This document shows, in pieces, positions 35,791 through 47,325 of a stretch of 64,000 nucleotides of DNA. The stretch is from Lepidodermella squamata (taxonomy: Eukaryota > Animalia > Gastrotricha). A program made the translations under genes and the position numbers. Below the pieces are notes generated by a model. The model worked only from the letters and a program-made list of their open reading frames with translations, searched no databases and had not been told where the DNA came from. Numbering within the stretch: the first letter of the stretch is position 1; each line of letters begins with the position of its first letter. Where the stretch lies: assembly GCA_047495785.1 (NCBI GenBank), contig JBLDXI010000014.1, forward strand, positions 652,653-716,652, read 5' to 3'.

Positions 35791-38700
35791 ATGAAACGCA
35801 TTTGTGATCACGTCTTGACTGCTGTCTTAACGGTAGCAAATTTTTACGTAATCGCAACTGTTGCTCAACGGACATGCCAACTGCCGAAAATCGAGAACAG
35901 CGAATACCTGGTTGTCAACCGGCCGGTGGGTCTGGCCGACCCAGTTGGACCAGACGCGTCTTTCGCTGTGGAAGGGTCGACTCTTGAAGTTTCTTGCGCC
36001 GAAGGTTTTGGCATAGAAATCGAGAGACGCCAGTACAAAACTGTTCAAACGTCAACCTGTTTACCTGGTGGAAGATGGGAGCCTGAACTCGTCGACTGCG
36101 AAGAAAAGACTAACGAAGCGCCGCAGCGACCGATCTCATCTCTGGACGGCGGCGGGAAAGGCCCTGCTAACCCAGCCATTGTCATGTGCACTATGCCAAC
36201 CATCCCCCAGGGTGCTCAATTTGTGATCAACGACGGAGTAATCCGAGGGCCTGAATTCAGTGGCAAAAAGGTCTCAATGGAAACTGCAGTGACAATTAAA
36301 TGTCCAACCGGTTACTCAATAGCAGGTGGAAGCTCGACAGGAGTTTGCGTATCCTCGAGGCAATGGAGGCCTTTACTGGGCGAGTGTAAGCCTGGGTCCG
36401 ATGCCTCGAATTCGGCGGCAGTGACTCGACCCACCGGAATGATGTGCACTATCCCGCCTTTGATAAACGGGACTAAGCTGGTGATCAACGATGCGGCGAT
36501 TAGAGGAGCTGAGTTCGGAGGTCGGAGGCTTCAAGTTGAGACTTCGATTACAATTCAATGTCCTGTCGGCTATGACATCACTAACGGAAGCGAATCCGGC
36601 GTATGTATGTCGAATGGGAGCTGGAAACCAAGAGTCGGGCAATGCACCCAAATAATGTCTCTACCTGCAATTTCTGTAGCTCAAACTGACGTCCCAAAGA
36701 ACTGCGGACCCACTCCTGTGATTAACGGCGGAACTTTGGGATCTGGCTCAACGGAAATCGGCTCAGTTCGTCGAATTACCTGCACAGCTGGGGGTCGAGT
36801 TCAATCTGGTGTTGATTTCATAGTTTGCTTGAATAACGGATCATGGACTCAGCCTAGCCCTTGCGTACCGAGTTCCGTAACTACTGGAAGACCTACTACA
36901 CTAGCTCAAGCTGCAGTGAAATGTCCCTTACCACCTATCTTCTTGTTTGAACTGGGAAATTTCGCAGTTACCGAAGCTGAGTATGCATCGGCTGATACAA
37001 ATGTCGGTGCTACTCGAGTTTTGAATTGCAAACCGGGCTATAGAATCGATGGCTCTAATAGGGTAACTTGTCAGCAAAATGGCCAATGGACAATGCCTGG
37101 AATGTGTGTTCCGGGTGATTCAGCGCCTCCTACAACGACTGCGAGAGTAACCCAAGCTAGAACAACACTAGCAGTTACTTCAAAGCCTTCGGCACCATTG
37201 GACAGTGGAATAAAATGCCCTCTGCCACCTTTGATTCTTTTCCAACTCGGAAATTTCGCTGTTACTCAACAGGAGTATGATACCGTCGACAACAGTGTTG
37301 GGGCATCTAAAGAGCTGACATGCAAACCTGGATACCGAATCTCCGGCCCTTCTAAAGTTACTTGTCAACCTAATGGAGAGTGGACCATGCCTGGGTTGTG
37401 TGTGGAAATCCCTGCTACGACCACTCGAAGACCGGCTTCTGATGTCGTAACATGCCCCCTACCAACCAAATACCAGCTCGACATGGCTAACTATGTGATG
37501 AGTGATGAGGATTACGATTCGGCAAACATCACAGTTGGCGCGACGAGAACATTGGTCTGTAAGCCTGGTTACCAACTGTCCGGAAATGCTACCCTGAGAT
37601 GCCAGCCGAATAGGGAGTGGAGTATAGGTGGTGCTTGTGTAGCTGTCACGACCACACAATCTTCAGGTCCTACCAGCTGCCCATTGCCGCCGAAATTTTT
37701 GTTTGACCTGGGCAATTTTGCTGTTACTGATGAGGAGTACGCGAATGCAGATAACAAAATAGGAGCCACGCGTGATCTGGTTTGCAAACCTGGGTACCAA
37801 GTTAACGGACCTTCTCGGGTTACTTGCCAACGAAACGGCGAATGGACTATGCCGGGTATGTGTGTCCCAGCCGCAACGACCAGTGCGCCGAAAGTCACCT
37901 GTCCCCTGCCTTCAAAAGCTCAATTTCAACTGGGGAATTACGCAGTTACAGACTCTGAGTATGCTACGGCTAACACAAGTGTCGGGGCAATGCGGGAACT
38001 CAAATGCCGCCCGGGTTTCCAATTAATCGGCCCAACTCGAACTACCTGTCAACAGAACGGCGAATGGTCTGTACCTGGGGCTTGCCTCCCAGCGCCAACA
38101 ACATTGGGTCAGCCTATAGCTCAAGCCCAAGTTTCGACCAACTTACCTAATGGAACCCAGATTTCAAGTTCAACAGCTACTACTGTTAGTAGAGCTGTAG
38201 TTACATCGACCACTTCCGCCACTGTGATAATCAAATGCCCTCTTCCTCCTATGGCTTTGCTCGACGCGGGTGGTTACCTAATGACTGAGGCTGAATATTC
38301 GTCAGCAAACACTTCAGTTGGCGCCACTCGGGTTATCAATTGTAAGCCTGGTTATCAATTGGTTGGTTCCAGCGTTATGACTTGCCAACAAAACGGAGAG
38401 TGGACTACGTCAGGGCTATGCATGCTGGCGTCAACCTCAACGGTATTTTTTCGAGTTTTTTTCAATTTTGGTTGAGTGGAAATTTTGATGTCTTAGGTTA
38501 GTACAACCTCTACAACATCAGCCGTGAAATTTGCTGCTTGCATGTCTCCTCCAGTGCCTCTCATCACGAGGCTCGGTTTCGAATTATCGCCATCAGACCG
38601 GGGCCGGAAAGATTATGCTGTTGGCGATACAATCGTCTTGACTTGTCTACCAAACTTACCGCAACTAACTGGCCCCAACGTAATTGCTTGCAAGCCTGAC

Positions 38701-38850
38701 GGGCAGTGGACAATCGCCGGAAGATGCATTCGCGGTGAAGCATCCGTAGCAAGAAATTCCTCATCAGCTGCTACAACAATCGCGACAACAATGGTAATAG
38801 TCCTGGCCGTAATTATTGCCTTGTTATCCAACGGAGCTAATTGGCACTAA
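35791..38850 (+). CDS. Sushi/CCP-repeat surface protein (~11 CCP domains, S/T-rich linkers), short isoform with C-terminal hydrophobic anchor
   Basis: Signal peptide and repeated C-P..P...C.PG(Y/F)...G....C..NG.W.....C. A phase-0 intron at 38443-38496 leads to a terminal exon with one CCP and a hydrophobic tail. Confidence 0.8.
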
Positions 38851-38994
38851 AGACACTCCATCCTATATTTATTCGTGTTACGTCACTCTAAATCAAACAT
38901 CCCGTTGATTTGATTTATCTCATTGGATAACGCAAGGCAATAATTTACGTGCGAAATAAAATTGAACCTCGACTATTAATTGTCTTTTTAACAG

Positions 38995-41900
38995 CCTATA
39001 ACTACGAATTTGACTGCTAAGGAAACAAATTCAACGAGCAAGTGTCAACTGCCACCTCCATTCGCGTTTGAAATGTATAATTTTGCTGTGTCAGCCGCTG
39101 ATTTGGCTGCCGTAAATTCGAGCGTTGGGGCTAGCTGGCAGCCTAAATGTAAACCGGGTTTCATCATTTCAGGGCCCTCTAATGTGACCTGTTTACCTAA
39201 CGGCGAATGGACCAAGAGTGGGGAGTGTGTTCGAGCAACCACCCCAGGCTTTGTCGCCTTCACCTTCAACTCGACATCAGCTCCAGTTACGACTACAACA
39301 ACCACTAAACCAGCTGTTCAGTGCATTCTACCTCCGTTTATCTTGTTTGAGCTAGGAAACTTCGATGTTACGGAGGAAGATTACGAAACAGCCAACACCT
39401 CAGTCGGGGCATCAAGAGAGCTGCAGTGCCTTCCAGGGTTCCAAATTGTCGGCCCGTCTGTGGTAAGATGTCAACCGAATGGAGAATGGACGTTGCCCGG
39501 GCTTTGTGTTCCAGCTACAGAAACAACTTCTCGAGTCTCGCAGTCTTCGTCGACATCAAAGGCTGCTACCCCTAGATCGTCCTCCATTTCAACTACTACG
39601 AAGGCACCTGTGCTTTGTCCAGTCCCTCCAAAATCCGTGTTCGAATTTGCTAATTTTCTGATAACGGACGCAGATTACAACAGTTTTAACAACTCTGTAG
39701 GGGCGACTAAGGAGCTGAAATGTAAACCTGGATTTCAAGTGAATGGGCCCCCGAGAGTGGTTTGTCAACAGAATGGGCAGTGGACCATGCCGGGTATGTG
39801 TAGCGCGATATCTCAAACAACGCCATCTGCGGCTACATCTGCGGCTACATCTGCGGCTAGAACCAGTACTTCTTGGACCACAGTACCTCAGCCGAAGATT
39901 TTGAACTGCACTTTACCTCCTAAATTCCTGTTTGACATGGGTAACTTCGCGGTTACTGATGCTGAATATGCATCTGCAAACACGAGCATCGGAGCGATAA
40001 AAACACTGAACTGCAAGCCGGGATTTCAGATAATGGGACCATCTAGCGTAACATGCCAAGCGAATGGTGAGTGGACGATGCCCGGAATGTGCGTGCAGGG
40101 TTCGGAGACATCTCCTAGAGTCACACAGCTGTCTTCCACTTCAACCATCAAACTTGCAGTTACAACAGCTGGATTAACCTCGACTGTGACCACTATAAAG
40201 CCGCTCGTTCTGTGTCCAGTTCCTCCGAAATCAATGTTCGACTTTGCTAATTTTGAAATGTCAGACGCAGAGTATAAAACTTTAAATAACTCTGTTGGAG
40301 CGACCAAAGAATTGAAATGCCGACAAGGATTTCAAGCCAATGGTCCTTCGAGAGTCGTGTGCCAACCGAATGGTCAGTGGACCATGCCAGGAATGTGTAC
40401 TGCAGTCCCGCCTACAACGATAGCTGCAGTAACAACCGCAATACCTAGAACCAGCACTGCAATACCAAAGATAATGAATTGCACGCTTCCTCCGAAATTC
40501 CTATTTGACCTGGGTAATTTTGCGGTAACTGACGCTGAGTATGTATCCGCAAACACTAGTATCGGAGCAACAAAATATCTGGCATGTAAACCGGGTTTCC
40601 AGATTATGGGTTCATCTGCGGTTACCTGCCAACCGAATGGTGAATGGACTATGCCTGGAATGTGTGTGGCGGCTCCTGAAGCTACAACATCTCGAGCCAC
40701 CGCATCAGCGTCAAAAATCACAAGCTGTCCATTGCCCCCGAAGTTCATGTTTGATCTCGGAAATTTCGCTGTGACTGATGCTGAATATGCCTCTTCGAAC
40801 ACCAGCATAGGGGCAACGAAAGTTCTCAGTTGTAAGCCCGGTTTCAAACTGATGGGGCAAGCTCAGGTAACGGTAACGTGCCAGCCAAATGGAGAATGGA
40901 CTATGCCAGGAATGTGTGTGGCCGCTGCTGAAGCTACAACACCTCGTGCCACCACACTACCACCAAGAATTACAAGCTGTCCGCTGCCTCCGAAATTCGT
41001 GTTTGATCTTGGAAATTTCGCTGTGACTGATGCCGAATATGCCGCTGCAAACACGAGCATTGGGGCGACTATAATGCTCACTTGTAAGCCCGGCTTTAGG
41101 CTGATGGGGCAGGCTCAGGTCACAGTAAAATGCCAACCAAATGGAGAATGGACTATGCCGCCTGGGTTTTGTGAACAATCTGATACAACCCAATCAGTCT
41201 CAGCTACAACGAAGGCCCCGGTTTTGTGCCGAGAGGTTCCTCGAGCCACGTTGGACGCATCCGGAGCTTCTTTGAGCCCCGAATCGTTGGCTAGTACAAA
41301 TTTTAGCGTCGGCGCAACGCGCATGCTGGTTTGCAGGACTGGATTTCAGATTTTAGGAGCCGCTAACTTGACTTGCCTCGCAACAGGCGAATGGTCTTCG
41401 CCCGGTATCTGCCGGCCGCTTGCTAGAACGATTCCTGCTACGACCACTTCCACAACTACTACTACTACAACTCAGAGAATTGCTATTGTGCCGTCTAATG
41501 ATTATAACATGATGCTGCATAGAGCGGCTGCTAGCGGGAATTCTAAGGAAGTCACGCGAATCTTAGGCCTTCGTTACAGCGGGGTTGCCTTCGACGTGGA
41601 TTGGCGAGACCCTATTCCCTTTAGTTCATGTCGAAACAACCGGACGATGACATTGGCTTCAGCACTTCATAAGGCAACAGCTTGTAATGCTAACATCGAC
41701 ATTGTCCGTCAGCTGGTTGAAGCTGGGGCGGATCGAAATTTCCAAGAAGCAACAAACGGCGATTCAGCACTGATGATGGCTGCGGAGAACGGGAATGTAC
41801 CTTCCTTACGATTGCTGCTGGAAAGTGGCGCAGAAATGGAGATGAAAAACATTGACGGCGAAACTGCGCTGATCTTCGCGGCTCGAAGTGGCAAATTCGA

Positions 41901-42285
41901 CGCTGTTAGGTCTTTGCTAAATCGAGGTGCGAATATTAGCGCTGCGACAGAAATGGGTCGATCTGCTCTTCATGCTGCTGTGATTAATGCATCGCAAAAT
42001 GCCGAGAAGATCGTTCAGTTATTGATTGAACGCGGAGCTAACGTGGAACAGCGTGATTCAATGGGTCGAACGGCGTTATCTTGGAGTGCCTTTCTCAACA
42101 AAGTGGAGCTGCTGAAAATCCTCATCGACGCTGGAGCGAATATAAACAATAAGTCGGATAACAACGTCAGTGCTTTAAGTTGGGCTGCTTCGAGACCAGA
42201 CGCCAATATGAACGCAATAAGGATTTTGATCGAGAAAGGAGCCGACAGAACTGGATGTCTTCTAACGATCTGCACATCAGGATGA
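38995..42285 (+). CDS. Large exon with ~9 sushi/CCP domains and ~7 ankyrin repeats; probable alternative terminal exon of the 35791 gene
   Basis: No proximal ATG or signal peptide. The acceptor TTTTTAACAG at 38994 is in phase with the donor at 38443. Confidence 0.75.
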   Translation, partial: PITTNLTAKETNSTSKCQLPPPFAFEMYNFAVSAADLAAVNSSVGASWQPKCKPGFIISGPSNVTCLPNGEWTKSGECVRATTPGFVAFTFNSTSAPVTTTTTTKPAVQCILPPFILFELGNFDVTEEDYETANTSVGASRELQCLPGFQIVGPSVVRCQPNGEWTLPGLCVPATETTSRVSQSSSTSKAATPRSSSISTTTKAPVLCPVPPKSVFEFANFLITDADYNSFNNSVGATKELKCKPGFQVNGPPRVVCQQNGQWTMPGMCSAISQTTPSAATSAATSAARTSTSWTTVPQPKILNCTLPPKFLFDMGNFAVTDAEYASANTSIGAIKTLNCKPGFQIMGPSSVTCQANGEWTMPGMCVQGSETSPRVTQLSSTSTIKLAVTTAGLTSTVTTIKPLVLCPVPPKSMFDFANFEMSDAEYKTLNNSVGATKELKCRQGFQANGPSRVVCQPNGQWTMPGMCTAVPPTTIAAVTTAIPRTSTAIPKIMNCTLPPKFLFDLGNFAVTDAEYVSANTSIGATKYLACKPGFQIMGSSAVTCQPNGEWTMPGMCVAAPEATTSRATASASKITSCPLPPKFMFDLGNFAVTDAEYASSNTSIGATKVLSCKPGFKLMGQAQVTVTCQPNGEWTMPGMCVAAAEATTPRATTLPPRITSCPLPPKFVFDLGNFAVTDAEYAAANTSIGATIMLTCKPGFRLMGQAQVTVKCQPNGEWTMPPGFCEQSDTTQSVSATTKAPVLCREVPRATLDASGASLSPESLASTNFSVGATRMLVCRTGFQILGAANLTCLATGEWSSPGICRPLARTIPATTTSTTTTTTTQRIAIVPSNDYNMMLHRAAASGNSKEVTRILGLRYSGVAFDVDWRDPIPFSSCRNNRTMTLASALHKATACNANIDIVRQLVEAGADRNFQEATNGDSALMMAAENGNVPSLRLLLESGAEMEMKNIDGETALIFAARSGKFDAVRSLLNRGANISAATEMGRSALHAAVINASQNAEKIVQLLIERGANVEQRDSMGRTALSWSAFLNKVELLKILIDAGANINNKSDNNVSALSWAASRPDANMNAIRILIEKGADRTGCLLTICTSG

Positions 42286-42401
42286 ACGTTTATTTCGTTT
42301 CTTTATTTTAAATAAAATACCACATTAGCGATTGAAAGAGATACATTGTAAAACTAGCGTGCAAGTTGAGATCTAGAGAACGTTTACAGTGATAAGGATT
42401 G

Positions 42402-43712
42402 TTATTGAGAAAGAGCTGGAGCTGGACACAGGGCAGGCAGTTTGTCAACCGGGTTAGCACATGATTTGCAATCACACGTTTGTTTGATCAGGATCAAATA
42501 TCCACATGGCAGGTCTTCATCAGGATCGAGCGATTCCATTTCATTCCTATGAAAACAAGCAACTAATGGTTGAGAGTTTATGAGAATTTACCATACCATA
42601 AGTCATCCAAGTCGACCCAGTGCTGTTGGGCTCCGTTTTGATGGATGTCAGCCAGCATGACATGACTGCTTTCCTTCAGCCCTCCAATCGGCGTGAAGAA
42701 GCCGTTGTAGCGAACCATGATTTGTTCTCTCCCTGAAGATACAGCCGAGATCAGGTCTTCGAGAAAGAACTGCTTAGTTAATGCGCTTTTCTCACGAACT
42801 GATACGTCGAGGCCGTTACATTTCGCGAAGCATATAACGTCATCCATAGTTAAGCCACTTTGTAACGCAGCCCTAACGCAAAACTGACGCTTCGATAGGA
42901 CAAAATAGCCCCTAGGAAGTTTTGTCTCACTATCCGGTGGCGCCATGGCATCCCTATAAATTTGAAACAATGTAGTCAGTCCTTCTTTAGAGGCTTTAGA
43001 AATGTTACCATAGCTGGTCTAAAGTAGCCCAATAGGACGGGTATTTGAACCGAGCGACATCGAGGACAAGAGCTGAATTCCTTTCGACATTGAAACAACC
43101 GATTGGGGAGTAATGGCCGTCTCCAGTTTGTTGTAAAGCTTGACGTGAATACGACACAACAAGGTGTTTGTTTCTACTCGAAGTCGCGTCCTTTAAATCG
43201 TTGAGGAATTGCTGCTTCGTTGCTTTGTCGTATCGATGCGCCGTTACATTGAGGCCGTTGCACTTCGCTAGGCAGATGAATTCAGCCAGGGTGATGCCCT
43301 TCTGCTTAACGGTTTCTATCGGAACGCAGCAGTCTAACATTTCATCGGCGTACCACCGCCAGACTCCCTTCCAAACTCGACCTGGGTCTACTTCTAAGGC
43401 ATTGAGCACCATCGAAAGGGATCCAAGACCGCAGAAGGCTGGTTCAGATTGCGTTGTAAAGTTTTCGACCAGGTCGAAGTAACCCTCGGCGTAACCTTGA
43501 GCTAAGGCTTCCTTAAAGTATTGCCGTCCAAGATCCGAGGAAAAAGAGATCAAATTAGGAGGTAGAGGGCGGCGGTAGTAGCTGGTCAGCTCGCCGTGTT
43601 TTTCCATAACTCGAGCCAGGTTGCTTAAATAAGTCGAAAATTGCTCGCTTCGATTAATTTTAGTCTTGAAAATGCGAGAAACGAGCAGGCAACGTGGAAA
43701 AAACAGTTTCAT
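42402..43712 (-). CDS. Phytochelatin synthase (copy 1), 3 exons
   Basis: YYRRPLP, TQSEPAFCGL (catalytic Cys), DPGRVWKG.WRWY..EMLDCC, GHYSPIG (His) and LDVARFKYP (Asp). C-terminal CDCKSC. Confidence 0.92.
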
Positions 43713-44181
43713 CGTTCCTCATTAATGACGGCTGCAATCCCTCTTTCCAGCGTAAATTCATCGATTTTTTCTCGGCAACTCTACTAGTATATCAGCAGGA
43801 TTATTATTATATCGTGTTATAGTAGTAGCGCAGTAATGCGCGATGTTGTGAATATAAAATAAGCCGTCGGCATATTTGATGAATAGCGAGTGCCACTTTT
43901 TTGTAATATTCAAAAAGACTTAAGGATAGCATTTACATGTAAGAAACAATTTTTATTTTTTTATCAGGACAACATGCTTTATCATTAGGTAGACTAAGAA
44001 AATATACTAAACTTGCCTAAATTCACCAAATACGATAGGTTAGACTCGTCAGTTTTACGTTAGTCTCGTTTGAAGGTAAATTAAACTATCAATGGGTAAT
44101 AAAACTAGGTCATGACGGGCGCGACGCAGGCCAGCGAGCGCAAAACGGGTGCGGACACCAGAACAAACAAAAAGTACGAAA

Positions 44182-45423
44182 CTACCCGCTGAACGTTTCA
44201 AGTCGCCCCTTCATATCGAGGGGTGTTTCCTCGAGTAGAATATTTATCAGGAAATAACACGTTCCTGCCAAGAGGACGATACCAAACGCTATCATCGCTG
44301 CAAGATCAATAACCCGATGGCGTTTCCAGCCTTTGAAACATGCAGATTTGTAAGCAGTCTCCGCTGACACAGGGTAGTTGACCGTGTAGTAGCACATGAT
44401 GGCTGAGTTAAACGTTATCAACATACTGAAGACAGATTGGAAAATAATGTATTCAGCCAGGTAGATTCGCTTCGGGGAGCGAGGTATCATTGCAATCAGC
44501 TCTGTCTCTAAAACGCTAAATGCTAGAAAAATCGCCATGGTGAATGCAGTCCTATCAACCTCTTGTGGGGGCAAAAAGAAACTAGCCATTTCCATAGTGG
44601 CAAGGATGAAGCATGGCGTCATCAGATGCATTAGGAAAAATTCTGGTTGTCTTTCTAAAGCCAACTGAAATTCGCACATGGAACTTAAGTAAGGACCGAT
44701 CGAAGTGGAGCTGCTAGTCGCAAGAAGAACGTACTGATTGTTGTCTTGCATGAATCCTCTATCAAATGACATATGCATCTCAGTGATGTTCATTAAAGCG
44801 TTTGGTTCCAGCGTTCGAAGCTTCCCGCCGCATTGCTGCATGTCAGACGGGAAGTGTTGGAGGCTCAGGGGGCATGCGAAGACGAATTCGCCGATTATAG
44901 ACCACGAAAACGCAATATAGGGCTTGCCGTAGCCAACATGGTAAGGATTGATCGAAACTAGAAAGATCTCTGACATACCGGCGTACCGTAACATCGCTTG
45001 TTTGGTGTTTCCGAAGACCATGCGAGGCCTCCATAACTGATTCGTCGGCTCGGCGTAGAATCGGCTATTGTCCGTCTCACCCTCAAATGCTTTAGCATTA
45101 TCACAATCTGCTAGCCAATTAATGACGAGTGCTCCATTTAGCGAGATAGTTTCACTGACGTCATCAATTCCATTGAATCGGTAAGCCTCGAAGTGAACGG
45201 AAAGGTTCAACGTATCATCTTTAACAGGGCTAATCAGCTCAGGGGCGAAATTTGGGCATCTTTTCAGCAACTCATAGGCTGACGTGATGTTGCCACGTGG
45301 AGTAAGCCTCATCTGCTTAATGTATTGCTTCGCGTTCATTTTAGGAGGCGGCGGCTGGCCATGAGCCAGTTCTGTTACCGCGAGCAGAAGAAAAATTTCC
45401 AGAAGCATTTTATGAACTCGCAT
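44182..45423 (-). CDS. Divergent Cys-loop ligand-gated ion channel subunit, intronless
   Basis: Signal peptide, W.P loop A, Cys-loop CPLSLQHFPSDMQQC and four TM helices with a short M3-M4 loop. Confidence 0.85.
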   Translation of the reverse strand: MRVHKMLLEIFLLLAVTELAHGQPPPPKMNAKQYIKQMRLTPRGNITSAYELLKRCPNFAPELISPVKDDTLNLSVHFEAYRFNGIDDVSETISLNGALVINWLADCDNAKAFEGETDNSRFYAEPTNQLWRPRMVFGNTKQAMLRYAGMSEIFLVSINPYHVGYGKPYIAFSWSIIGEFVFACPLSLQHFPSDMQQCGGKLRTLEPNALMNITEMHMSFDRGFMQDNNQYVLLATSSSTSIGPYLSSMCEFQLALERQPEFFLMHLMTPCFILATMEMASFFLPPQEVDRTAFTMAIFLAFSVLETELIAMIPRSPKRIYLAEYIIFQSVFSMLITFNSAIMCYYTVNYPVSAETAYKSACFKGWKRHRVIDLAAMIAFGIVLLAGTCYFLINILLEETPLDMKGRLETFSG

Positions 45424-45508
45424 TTAATAAAATGAGAATTCCGCGACTCCGTTTGGTCAACACAATTTTTATTAAATTTCGAAACGCTCGTTTTATTAGC
45501 TTCGAAAG

Positions 45509-46692
45509 CTATCTGCCGTAAATCATCGGCAAAAACGTTCCAAGGAACGAAGCAACGCAAATAAAAAGCAAAGCGCTGAAAACAACAATATCGCAGAGGC
45601 GTAGAACGGAAATTTCGCGGTTGCCCCAGCATTTGCAGCCGTACTTTTTCTTCGTCAAGTGGGGATTGGACGTAGCTGCCATATTGGCGGCTAGGGCGTA
45701 GATGGTTGCCGAGGCGCCAATGAAAAGTTGCGCAGTTATGAAGACCATTATCAGAACAGTTTCGGATGTATTGGGCATTTGGGTGGATAAAACCGTGAGG
45801 AGAATTAGGAAAGTCATCAGCATCGTAGCCGAGAATAGAACTCGATTTGTTTCATTCGGCGGCATGAGGACAAAGGCCAGCTGCAGGATCATTAGAGCTA
45901 GAGATGGGATAACAAGATTCACGAGGTACTGGTTACTTTTCCGCTCAAATGTCATTGTGAAGGTCGGCTGGCGAAATTTTAACCCTGGCAACGAGTCGTA
46001 AGTTTTCGTCTCCAGGCTAGCATTTATGGTAGGTTGGTTCCAGACACTTGACGGTGAAATGAAGTCGTTGTAGAGGAAAGCTCGTGCAATTGTTGTATTC
46101 ACCAGTTTGTCGTCATTTAGATACTCGAATTTTATTCGGCATACTTGGGTGTCGTAGGGGTAGTTCCACATCTTCAGCCCGCAAAACGCGTCAAATCGCA
46201 AGTTATTCGTCCATTTAATGGTCCCATCCGAATATAGGTTAAGGTAGCTATTTTCCGATTGGCTGTAAAACAATTTGAATTTTCGTTGAATAAAATTGGA
46301 AATTATTTTTACCTTGTTGTTAGCAATACATCACCAACTGAAGTGACATGAAGAACTTCTGGAAGCCAGAATCCACTCGCCGGGATCAAAATTTGGCTGA
46401 TGTTAGTCGTGTTAACAGGCCACGCTTCCTTAAGGCAAAAGTTGTTCCAGAACATAGAAAATCTAGTGTTGAATGACAACTGTTGCTCGATTTCGTCAAG
46501 GTTAATAAATCTCAGTGGGTTGAATTGAAAGCGGGCCATAAGGGTGGTGTTGTGGTATCGCACAGGTCGAAGGTGGCGTTCTTCCCAGCATTGATCTCGA
46601 AGTTGCGCCATCACCGCGCCTTCTTCAGTCACGAAAGCGCTCCCAAATCGCCCGAGAAATATTATTAAATGCAATATTTCTGGAATCTTCAT
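45509..46692 (-). CDS. Divergent Cys-loop ligand-gated ion channel subunit, 2 exons
   Basis: RPV, FWLPEV, Cys-loop CGLKMWNYPYDTQVC and 4 TM helices. Intron 46263-46312. Confidence 0.85.
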
Positions 46693-47249
46693 GATGATTG
46701 TTGCAAACTGATCGGATATGAACCAGATTTTTCTATTGAATAATGGTGTAGCAGGTTTTACTGCGGAATTAATTTAGCTCTGTACGTGTTTTCAATTGAT
46801 GAAATTGGCTATTTTATTCCTCAGAGGTTTTCGATTTTTTTATCGCAGTAACTTTGGGGGTAGAGTCGCACTTCGGTCGCACAGCAACTGTCGTTGAAGG
46901 CAAATACATTATTAGTTAACATGAGCCTAACTGTCTCTGTCAGAGCAAATAATGCGGTGTGATACGACTGCTGAGGATTTTCGGAGAGAAAGCCGGATAT
47001 CTGCATTAACCCTAAGCAAACAAGGCTCGACAAAAGAGCTGTTCTGGATAAAAAATAGTTCACTCATAAATATGTGTGAAAATTTTTAACCTTTAACCTA
47101 TTTTGTTCATTAAATTCGACCTGGAATCATTAAGGAAATGCCAGATGACCAGTTTTCGGTTGATAAAACAAAAAAAAAAAGGTTCCGATAACGTAGTCAA
47201 TTTTCAGCTTGAAAATTTATTGATGAAGTGCAAGGGCCCCAATCTCGAC

Positions 47250-47325
47250 CTAAACATAACCTTAACCTTAACCCTGAGCACGAACCCTGAAACCTAACAC
47301 TAACCCCTAACCCCAATTCCTAATC
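47250..47325. repeat. Degenerate (TAACCC/TAACCT)n telomere-like tract
   Basis: CTAAACATAACCTTAACCTTAACCCTGAGC...CCTAACACTAACCCCTAACCCC. Confidence 0.5.

Noticed and set aside
35827-42275. Numerous antisense ORFs over the sushi gene (and similarly over PCS, channel and element genes)
   Set aside because: These are shadow ORFs of well-supported coding strands.
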